Assembly: GCF_026210795.1 (NCBI RefSeq)
Contig: NC_089429.1
Span: forward strand, 7,378,001-7,442,000
Source of the DNA: Rhizophagus irregularis
Taxonomy: Eukaryota
Reading direction: 5' to 3'
Length of the DNA: 64,000 bases
Shown: piece after piece, positions 53,750 through 64,000 of the stretch
Layout of the letters: the number at the start of each line of letters is the position of its first letter
Numbering within the stretch: position 1 is the first letter of the stretch
Notes under the pieces: model-generated
What the model was told of the DNA's origin: nothing
The model's input: only the letters and a program-made list of their open reading frames with translations
The model's database searches: none
Made by a program: the position numbers and the translations under genes

Positions 53750-55900
53750 TTATTTATTTTATTTATTTTATTTCAAGAGTGGTAATTAAAGTCTATTACA
53801 AATAACATGTATTTAGCACCAGAGTACTTAATTAAACAGTCTATATGTGTAGATCTCTAACTTTCATCCCATCTAAGCAGGACCACACCCTTCGTTCGGA
53901 ATTATTTAAGAAAGTAGGACTACGCTAGTTAATCAAATTAAAAAAAAGAAAAATAACCCGGAAGCCATACAAAAGAAAAAGAGAGAACAACCACCCTACA
54001 AAAAAAGAAGGATCCGTATTTTGCTTTCGGCACAAGGTCGCCACTTATCAATACTGTCAGAAGTGGAATGGTTCACACTATTCTAAATTGTTTGTAATGC
54101 TAATGATGTAGTGTAAAAAGGAGTATTCTAATTACTACTAGGTAAAAAAATAAATGTTTCGGCTCTAAATTAATTTTCTTTAGTAAAAACGAGAGCATTT
54201 CCAACTGAGAGCCAGTAAAAAATTCTGTCGAAGGGCGTGCTTTCTTGTCCGGGTGGACGATTTTATGCGAATCTAAATTGGTGGACTTATCCACATTTCG
54301 TTTGCGTGGGCGTTTCTCAAGTTCTTTTGCTTCTTCCGAAGTAGAACCTTTGCAGCGATAATGAGCTTCATTGGCGTCAAAATGGAAAAATAATCCAATT
54401 TAAAATTTTGTATTGTGACTCTAATTCCGCCAGTTTCGCGGGTAATTTTGTTACGTTGTTCGTAGTATGAAGTCATCTTGATATGTTGTTAGATCACGTG
54501 CCATAGCTGCACGTAGATCGGATCTTTTGACGGAGGTGCCGAGTAAAGCTGCTTTTCTCTTTTCTAATCGATCAATATTTTCACGTCGTCGTGGGAATCT
54601 CTTAGTCTGCGTAACTCGGCATACCATTGTTTACTATCAGGTTCTAAGAGAATTCTTTTTTTTCGACTTTTCTTGAGATATAGTTGACCATCAGCTGGTA
54701 TAAAAGGCTTTAGGTCCCCTGGAATATCGAAATCAGGAGCGGGGTTTACTTCACTTGTAGGTTCAACAGGAGTGTTCTGAAAAGGTATTTGGTCGTAAGT
54801 AAAGACCGGAGTTTGTGTATCTAATGGTTGAGGTGCTAGAATACTAGCAGAAGTTTGTTCTTGATTGAATGTAGTTTCTAGATAATTTGAACTTGTAAAC
54901 CTCCTCACGAGGAAGAGTGTCGGATTTTTTGTATTTAAGATGAGTGATGGATTTGTTGATAATTTGTGAATTTAAAAAAAGGAAACGATGTTTCTTGGCC
55001 ATAGCCGGTTTGTGTTCTACCTGGGATTTTTAAGTATTGTAGGTTGACTAAGGAAAATACGTATACAACGTCTTTCAAATCTAACGCGTTGTCTTTTCAC
55101 GAATGACGAAGTTCACCAAATCTTTTACGATAAATATAACGTTTGTTGTGATTAAAAAAGAATTGACGTCCATTAGCCTGATATTTGACTACATGCGACG
55201 TCGAGAGTAGACGGTTTTAACGGGATTCACCGCCCATCTTTGATGTAGTGGGTTAGCATGGGAGATTTTATCATTGCCGTGATGATAAAGGTGATGGTAT
55301 TGTGCAATCACAAGGAATAGTCAGAGTCTTAGAAGTTAAAGCATATTACATGGAACAAAAATTCCAGAATAAAATCGATACGTGAAGTTAAAAAAGGTTT
55401 TTGATAATTTGTTGTTCCGTGGAGAATTTTCGTTGGTTGATTATCGTAATTTCGACCTGATCATGTCGTAATATTTACTTTGTATTCGTCGTGAAAGTCG
55501 TGAAGCACTTTTGAAAGGAAAAAAATGCGTGAACATTTTGCTGATTTGGAATTTTATGTTGGGGAGTCTGCTCGTTGATTTGTACCGGATTGGGGAAGTG
55601 TTAATGTGATAATCATTTGTGTGTATCATATTCTCAAATGAATATCATTAGTGACTTAGTGTTTGAAGAAGGATCGGCTAGTTCAAAAAAGAAAGATCTT
55701 GATCTTATCTACTGGTTTCGTCACGTGAAGTTTTTTCAGGGAGGCCAGGAAGGAGTTTTTTGAAGGAGGAAAGTGACGGGTTTTGAGAAAGACATTATAT
55801 TGTAAAGAAGGTTGTAATAATATTAAAATTTAATAAAATTTTAAGGTGTTCAAGAATATAAGATATGAGTCGTCACAAAGCAACTGTTAACGTAAAAATG
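53750..55900 (-). mobile_element. Decayed intronless ORF block, probably a repeat or retroelement-associated sequence
   Basis: About 2 kb of higher-GC sequence with fragmented basic ORFs (55441-55629, 54564-54908, 54273-54476, 54100-54294), ending in an A-rich tail on the minus strand (~53745-53773); no RT or endonuclease motif seen. Confidence 0.4.
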
Positions 55901-56242
55901 TCATACTAATACACACGGTAAGACTTTAAAATAGCAAAAAGGACAAAAAGAAAAAAAAAATATTTTTATAAGCTGACAAGTATGAAAATCATCTATGTTA
56001 TTCATGTTTATTTGTTACCTAATCATATGGTAGATTTGGCGCTACTGAAGATAGTTTTATATTCTCTTTTAAGAGTAAGGAAATATTAAAAATTATATTA
56101 TAAGTCGAATGTCAATATTTCTTGGAGATTATGCTATATACAATCACATTGATTACCATGATATCATTTCCTTCATTTTCATCACTATTATAATATTATT
56201 AAAAAGTAACTGATCTTTCGTGGTTCGTGGATTCTTTTTTTT

Positions 56243-56912
56243 TCAGCTTCTTGTTTCATCCGTAATTATTACTTGTTGTTCAAATTTTGCACCAAGATCC
56301 GTAAGAAATAGATCAATTGTTTGATTATATCCTGTAATCAATCCCATTACTCCGTATAAAACATTATGAACACTAGTTTTTTCAGTAATGGTAACTCTCG
56401 TAGAGTTTTCGCTTATCTCTTCAAGTTCAATCGTCCAACTGCCGCAATGAACACCTTTCTCGCGTACAATCTAATTAACAATTATAAAAAAAAAATAGTT
56501 CGAGTTAATGAAAAATAAAAAAGATCGATCAAAATTACAACAGTACCTCTCTCTTTAATAATTTGTTTTCCCAACGTTCTACAATACGAAACTTTATGTT
56601 TCCGAGTGGTGTAAATTCCCTAAACCACTCAAAACCATCGGGTGGAATATGTCCCGGTTGGTTAATTTCAACCTTTATAACGTTGGATCTCCATTGTGGG
56701 TAGGATCCAAATTTTATTAGTGTATTCCAAATTTTTTTCTGCGGCTGGGAATATACCGCGGTTCGACTACACACACGATCTTTAGGTATCAGAAAAATAC
56801 CTAAAATAATTATTACAAGAGTAGTAACTACACCCGTTAAAAATAAAAGGACTAAAGATATGGATAAAGTGTCGGGAATACGAGTAGTTGGAAAATTTAA
56901 GAATGAAATCAT
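56243..56912 (-). CDS. SRPBCC/polyketide cyclase-dehydrase-like protein with an N-terminal TM helix (197 aa; exons 56912-56547 and 56470-56243)
   Basis: Intact spliced ORF with a phase-0 GT-AG intron at 56546-56471; motifs IWNTLIKFGSYPQWRSNVIKVE, GSWTIELEE...TRVTITE, FLTDLG. Confidence 0.85.
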
Positions 56913-57191
56913 TTTTACGTGTAAACTAGAAATAAAATGACGCGAAAATACATATGAAAGAAAGAATTTGAAGAATTTGAAAAAGTAACTGAAACCGTGA
57001 CCGTGATACTTTCACTCGGAAAATCTTACCACCCTACCCTGTGATGTTTTTGGGGGACGTCTAAAGCATTTACCCCAGTATCACCGACACTTTTATAATT
57101 AAAATTCCACCCCCACGTGTCCGGTGACATTTAAAGGGAAGTGAAAAAATAATTTTGTGAGGCAAAAAAAAACTGTCCCTCAGATAAATAT

Positions 57192-60100
57192 AACAGGGCG
57201 GACATGCTAAATATCACATTGCCGATCATTTGCCGATCATATATATATTGATTATCCCATTTTTTTGAGGCTTCGGGCAAAGCCATATTTGCTCAAAAAA
57301 ATTACACTAATTATTTTATTTGGTAGTTTAGGTTATCAAAAATATACTATAAAAATTTTGTGGCAAAAAAAAATGTAATGCCAAAGTTAGCTTTGAGCCA
57401 AAATTTTCAATAATTATAGTATTTACCAATCATATGCCGATCATCTGCTAATTTGACTTTGAAGCTTCGGGCGAAGCCACAGATGTTCGGGCGAAACTTG
57501 AAACTTTTATAGTATATTATTTAGGTATTCAAGAATCTGTAGCTAAAATAAACCTGGATAATTTTTGATAACCCAGAAGTTATTGTTAAATAAATACTTG
57601 CAATTATTTAAGGTTAATAAGACTAATTTTTGGTATAGTTTTTATGAACTGTTTTAAGGGTTAATTCATTTATAATAAATAGAGAATAAAGTAAAATAAT
57701 TGAATTTTATATATATTGTTCATTTTTTTATAAATAGTTTTTAAAATTTACAGAAAATACTTATAAAAATTGTATCAATTTTAATATAAAATATTATTAT
57801 CTAATTTAAATATAATATAAAACAGCATTATTTTTTTTTAACTTAATAAAAAACAACACTTTTTTTGAATTTAATATAAAAGTTTTGAATAAATTATTCA
57901 ATAAAATGTCAACAGATTCTACTTGCAGTTTTAATTCAACTGATTGCAAAGGAGCAATTAAGCAAATTACTAATAATACAAAAATTCCAATAACAAATAA
58001 AGAAATTATTTTAGTTGGCATGAAACTATGTCAAACTCACTATAATAAATTTATTATTAATGAAGCTCATAACCTTAAACATAATGAAACTTGCTCTCAT
58101 CCAAAGCATGATGAATATAAAAGTCAATCAAAAAATACAAATAAAAGATCAAAAAACCTTAATCTTGAAAAGGTTCCAAAGAGATTGATGTTAATTTTAA
58201 ATTTAGATGAGACTGCTAAAATTTGTAGCTTATGCAGAAAAAGGACAGATAAAGATCCTGATTATAATATATTAGAAGAATATAATGCACCAATTTCTAA
58301 AAAAGAAAATGATAATAATATATTAAATATAGGAAATCATGCTTATTCATTTAGAAAAGATGTTTTATACAGTGGAGATGAATTAAAGCAGTTTGAATCA
58401 GATTATCAAGAGATTATAACACAATTAACAATTTCAAATGAAATTAGTTTAAGTGATAAAATTAAAAAAATGTCTAACATTCTTTATAAAAATCAAAGAA
58501 AGTATTAAAACAAAAAACAATTTATGATCCTGATGAATTTAAAATTATGTTAGAAGAAGCAGATACAGATTTAATTGGATTTTTTGATGAATTATATAAG
58601 GGAACTAATCCTAATACAAAATCTGATAAAACAAATAATAATAATAAGAAAAAACTAGTTTCTTTATGTTATTTTTTAGCTAGTATTAATAACAAATATA
58701 TAAATGGAATTAAAGCAGATATTGGATCATATTTAGAAACTTCTGGAGCATCAGCTTCTTCTATTGATACACTTGCAAATATAGGATTATCAGTATCTCG
58801 AAGAACAGTAAATCGACAAAAAACTTATATTTCAGAAGATCATCAGTATACTGTAAATGACTATTGTTTACAAAACATTGAAAATATGTTTATACTTAAT
58901 ATTGATGATTATCATAATATTCATAGAAGAAATCAACCAACTCTATTAAAAACACATGACATTAATCACTTTGTAACAATTTTATTAAATTCAAATTCTA
59001 ATATTCCTAAAATACCTTATTACTCATTAAACAGAATTCCAATTCATAATCCTAAAGGTGTTGATTTTAAATTAATTATAGATTATATTGATGTTAGCTT
59101 CATGAGTAAATTAGGAAAAAGTTATTATCAACAAAATGAAATGTGGAAGCAATATTTATCTGATGATTCTTATGAAAATAAATTGGAATTTCTTACTGTT
59201 CATAATTATGATGGACGTGTTCAAAATCAACAAGAACTAAGATCAATGAAAAATAGTAAGTTGGTGGATTTTATTTTACATCCTTTGCACAATACAAAGG
59301 ATTATATTGAATCTTCAAATATTTTATTTAAAGTATTTGAAAAAATAGAACAAGAGGATTATTTAAATAATTTTGTAATACCTACAATTTGTGATTGGCC
59401 TGGTCAAGTAAATTTAAGAAGAGCTATTACATTAAGACTTAATAAAAAAGAAAATTCTGGAATTTCACCTCAAATATTAAGTATAATTCCTATGATTGGT
59501 CCACTACATATTTCTTTAAATAGCAGAGAAACATTATTTCAACAATATCATTTCTTTTTTGAAATGATATATCATGATCTCTTTGGAGCTAACAAGATTT
59601 TAGCACAAAAACCAAAGCCAAGACTTATTAATCTTATATTAAATTTAACATTTTATGGATGGAAAAATATTCGCAATTTAATTATTAATCGTTTTGGAAA
59701 TATAAAAGATGTTGAATATTTAATGATGATAGATTTATTAGACAATTCTTTACCACTTACTTTAGATATATATACTAAACTTTTTAGATGTGGATTTTTT
59801 GAAGGATATTTAGAAAGTATTATAAAAATTTGGATTTTATTTCAAAGATTGCATAGACATAATTATAATAAAGCACCACTTATATTTTTAAGTGATGTGT
59901 TTTATTGGACATTAAATGATCATCCAATACTAGATGTTTTAAAAAATAATTTACCAATTTTTAATGATTATTTTGTTGAAAATTTTCATAGTTCTCTTAG
60001 ATATCAAACAGCTGAATCAAATATTGATAAACAAATTATACAAAAAGCAAAAACTATTGATATTGAAAGAAATGATGATGGATTTAAAAATACTTTTATT

Positions 60101-60969
60101 AACACAAGAAATACAAATATTTCAAAGGTTAAATTAATATCTTTAGAAAAGAAAGTTTCATTATTCTTATTATCTCTTTTTGATATAATTTATCATAATA
60201 TTGGAAAATCAAGTAATAATAACAATAATAATATGTTTGAACTTCCAAGTTTTAATAATAGAAATGTAAATGTTAAGCTTTTTCCTTTAGCTTGGAGTAC
60301 TTCAAATATACCTGATAATGATAAAATTTGTGATGCAGAAAATTGTCTATCATCAAATTCATAATAAATTATTTTAATATGTGGCCATAGCTATCATAAA
60401 GAATGCTTAAGTCTACTTGATGAAAAGTGTAAATATTGCTTTAATTATTTATCAGAAAGCATTAAAACAAATATTACTAGTTTGAATAAAAGATTATTTA
60501 AACCATTAAAAGATAATGAAATATCTGAATTTACAGAAGATAAAGGTTTAGATGAAGATTATGATGATGAAAATATTGATAGTCTTTTAGAACAAGAAGA
60601 ATATAATATAAATAATCAATATGAAATTCAATATAATATATGGTTAAACTATAATAATATGTAAATGATAGATAAAAATCCTTTATTTTATTTTAATTTT
60701 AATAAAAATACTTATTTTCATTAAATTATAAAAAGTTTCCATTAGTAAAATTGCTTAATAATATTCTGATTTAGGTAAAAATTAATATACTATAATTCTG
60801 AAGTAAAATTAAGCTATTCTTAAAATTTTAGTATACATTAATATGTAAATTTTGCAAAAAATAACTGATAACAGTATTTTTCTTATGTGATATGATTGAA
60901 TAAATGATCGACAAATGATCGGCAAAATGATCGGCAAAATCGTGATAAAATAGAGATGTCCGCCCTGTT
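57192..60969 (+). mobile_element. Structurally complete DNA transposon (3778 bp) of unclear superfamily
   Basis: 14-bp perfect TIR AACAGGGCGGACAT / ATGTCCGCCCTGTT; TSD GATAAATAT (57183-57191, 60970-60978); inverted subterminal TTGCCGATCAT repeats; single long internal ORF. Confidence 0.92.
57906..60664 (+). pseudogene. Putative DDE-type transposase (DUF6589/Academ-like) with N-terminal Cys/His motifs and a C-terminal RING-H2-like finger; ~920 aa if repaired
   Basis: Intronless; one frameshift at ~58500 and two in-frame TAA at 60362-60367; motifs IDDYHNIH, CDWPGQ, GPLHISLN, RHNYNK, DYFVENFH. Confidence 0.75.
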
Positions 60970-61222
60970 GATAAATATAGCATAGGTAAAGATCCGTGTT
61001 ATTGGCTGATTTATCAGTCATGTGATTCAATTTATGTGATCGACAAATATATGTAACGCGTTACTTTAAAAAAAGGAGTAAAAGACTCATATAAAAGTGG
61101 TGATACACTACATAACAATATACATCCAAAATTTACATGAGAGTTTAACAGCTCTTTCTCAACCAAGATCCGGTTTTAGCTTAAACAGATCCGACTTTAG
61201 GTTAGACTTCTCTTAATAGCAA

Positions 61223-63860
61223 ATGACAAGAGGTTTTTGCAAGCGAAATAACGGACCCTGTGCTGTTTGTGGACTGCAAAATTCCAATGAAAAGTTTCGA
61301 AAATTAACTTTAGAAGCACTTACAAAAGTGCAAAACAGTCCTACAGTGTCTTTATTGACAGTTCAATTGCAAGTGGATGATCAACTTTGTATAAAACACT
61401 ACAATGAACTTATTTCCTATAAACGAAACATATCAAAATACAGTAAAAAAAGTGCTGATAAAGATTTATCATACAAAGGAGCAAAAAGAATTTGTTTAAG
61501 AGAAGAAGTGTATCATGATTTGCTAGATAATACACACAATCTAGAAGTTTTAGAGCAACGTGTTAAAGGGACAATTAGAATTGGGAGAATATATAACTAA
61601 ATTAAAGGAGTCTTCAACTAATGGTAATGTTAAATACGAGAATTGGTATATAACATTATTATTAATAACATTAAATATAAATAGAGCCCGTAAGATTTTC
61701 ACAGTTCTTTGGTGATCAAGTAGCTCGTATGACCAATATACTTTATCAACACCAAAAGGGAGGCAATTTACCTATTTTTGATCCAATAAAGTTTGTGGCG
61801 TTAATTGAAAGTCGGGATATCAATTTGCGTGGATTTTTTGATATTTTGTTTCAATCTATGAATCCAACACAAAAAAACCATGCAACAAAACAAATGCTTA
61901 AACAAAAAGTGATGATGTTATGCTATCAAATGGCAGCGTTACGTAATAAGCAAGTTAGTGGGACGAAAACGGTGATAGGACTTCTTATGGTAGGATCTGG
62001 AACCTCAAAAAATGGCATCAACACTTTAGCCAATATGGGAATGAGTTCAACGTATCAAACTGTTTATAATATGTTAAAAAAAAATGCAGATGATCATAAA
62101 TCTAGTGTTCGCACATATATTAACAGTCATGTAAGTTTATTCTCGAATTAAAATTATTTTTTTTAAAAAAAAAATTGCGATTTTAACATAATTTTATTAT
62201 ATATATAGTCTAACAGTCTTCTTATCGGTTGCATTGATGATTACCATAACCTTCATGGTACACGAATCCCATCTGTAACGTCAATTTCCCAAATTTCACA
62301 TATGGCGACCATATTATTCAATAATGTTAAAATAACTCCTATTCCCTATATTTCTTCAAGTAATACTTCTATACATAATCCTAATGGGGTTGATGCTTCT
62401 ATTTTGAAGATAACACTTTGGGAAAATTATATGATTTCATTTGCCATGAGCTACAATTCATTGAAAACCCATTGGGCTCAATTTCAAGACATTACTACTG
62501 CGAATGAGTCAAGTCTTTTGGAATCATTAATAGTACATTCATATGATGCTGATCTCTTCGAAAGATATGGACGCAAGTTTACTGAAATAAAACCTGTTGA
62601 TCTTATCGAATTAAATCTTAAAAACACAAAAGACTACCTTCAAGCTATAAAGAGCTTTATTGAGTTAGTCTAAATGCATTTGGTTAAATTAAAAATAAAA
62701 TTTAACTAACATTAATGTATTTAAAATGCATAATAGATTACCTGAAATACAAACGTATTTGAATAATTATGTTATTCCTATTCCTGCAGATTTTCCCGGT
62801 CAGCTCTATATTAGAAAAGCCATTGTAAAAAAATTAGAATCGGATAACTCCAGCATCCCAAGAGAGATTACTCATCTGCTCCCATTTTTGGGACCTTTGC
62901 TTCTATCACTTAACACTAGAGAATCTGTTTTCTTAGTGTTTTAGGGGTTCTTTGATTTAATGTATAGAAGGGTGTTTGGAATGAAAAAAAAGTTGGCTGC
63001 GAAACCCAAGCCATGGAGAATAAATTTACTATTATATTTGGCGCATGCAGGCTGGCAACTAATTAGAAAATATGTAAAAGAACGTTTTAAATTATCAAAG
63101 GCCGTAGGATATCTAACATTCCTTGATCTTCTTGATAATTTAATACCTTCTTCTTTAGATATTTACGCCACTTTGTTTCGAGGAAACCATTTTGAAGAGT
63201 ACATTTCTACAGCATTTCATTTGTGGACTGTAATGAGAGATTTAATCGGCATAATTATGATAAAATCTTACTGGCATTTCTATCAGACATTCATTATTGG
63301 AAACAAACATAGCATCCTATTATTGATACGTTGAAAAATAGTTTGAATAAATTTGATGAATATGCTGTAGAAAATTTCCATAGCTTACTACGACGACATA
63401 CAAATGCAAAAGTATCAACAGCCGATTCACTGAGGCGTGATGCTTTATTTTTGGATCATTTCCGGCATGATAATCTATTTAACACTTCTTTTGCACCAAA
63501 GCGTGACTATCCATATAAAAAAAAAGATCTGGACAATTTAGTAAAAAAAACTGCCCTTTTTCTTTTAGATTTTTTTGATGGAATATGGCAGAATAATGGT
63601 CAAATAGAAAAAAAATGGAGGGTAAAGTTAATAAAAAAACTTATTATTATTTTTCGTACATAATAGAATCTCGATTTTCTGCTGGTGTATTACCTATTGG
63701 ATATCATTCAACAGTACCACCAAGTATCAATAAGTTTTGTGATCATGTTAACTGTGCCAATTTTACAGATGAACATGGAGAAGTATTAATATGCGGCCAT
63801 GCATATCATGAAGAATGCTTTCAAAAACTAGGTCTTCGATGTCACCATTGTTATTCTTAG
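61223..63860 (+). pseudogene. Intron-containing paralogue of the putative transposase
   Basis: Introns at ~61624-61684, 62131-62208 and ~62663-62736; motifs CIDDYHNLH, ADFPGQ, GPLLLSLN, RHNYDK, DEYAVENFH, CDHVNC...CGHAYHEEC...CHHC; stop at 62942 and several frameshifts. Confidence 0.75.
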
Positions 63861-64000
63861 GGGAGTTACACATATCACGTAATATTCATTTTCTTATAAA
63901 CCTTACCCCCCCCCCCCCCTGTTAGATTTCATAACCAATCAAATTATAATATTTATAAATCATATGATTTAAATAAGTGTAACGTAAAATTTTAACTACC
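63860..64000. mobile_element. Start of another insertion truncating the transposase-like gene, with a possible AACTACC TIR start at 63994
   Basis: Coding similarity stops abruptly at TTA|GGGGAGTTACACATATCACGTAA; the window ends in AACTACC, the first 7 nt of the 46481 TIR. Confidence 0.35.

Larger units (their letters stand above)
57068..63859 (+). mobile_element. Outer TIR element carrying the intron-containing transposase-like gene; right end not seen
   Basis: 57068-57089 matches the TIR of the 46481 MITE at 18/22 nt; removing the inner element places this end ~370 bp upstream of the 61223 ORF. Confidence 0.55.

Noticed and set aside
57194..60967. hAT assignment based on CAGGG...CCCTG ends
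   Set aside because: No 8-bp TSD at those boundaries; the direct repeat only fits AAC...GTT ends, and the ORF lacks hAT motifs.
1..64000. tRNA, rRNA, snoRNA or hammerhead ribozyme genes
   Set aside because: None recognisable by eye; the CTGATGA occurrences checked lack the required helices. A covariance-model search would be needed to exclude them.

Overview
Very AT-rich eukaryotic DNA with short GT-AG introns. The gene families and repeats suggest an arbuscular mycorrhizal fungus (Glomeromycota), which is an inference. The window is mostly a repeat and pseudogene graveyard, with only one clearly intact gene (a 2-exon SRPBCC/polyketide-cyclase-like membrane protein, 56243-56912, minus). Highlight 1: a decayed, 5'-truncated SRP receptor alpha (SRPRA/SRP101) copy at 30685-32690 (minus) carries an intein with a LAGLIDADG-type homing endonuclease region. 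The intein is inserted in the GTPase P-loop (...SHN | STNLS...), with one spliceosomal intron exactly at the intein/C-extein junction and another inside the endonuclease region. Highlight 2: a structurally complete 3.8-kb TIR element (57192-60969; AAC...GTT ends, 9-bp TSD) encodes an unclassified DDE-like protein with a C-terminal RING-H2-like finger. It is nested in a paralogous, intron-containing element whose terminus matches a MITE at 46481-46960. Also present: a decayed Helitron-type Rep/PIF1 helicase ORF; RBM25-like, amidohydrolase and SWIM/MULE pseudogenes; many hAT, Mutator-like and pogo-like MITEs with TSDs; a tandem duplication with reciprocal filled and empty TE sites; and several minisatellites. 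All protein family calls come from motif recognition by eye, not database searches.
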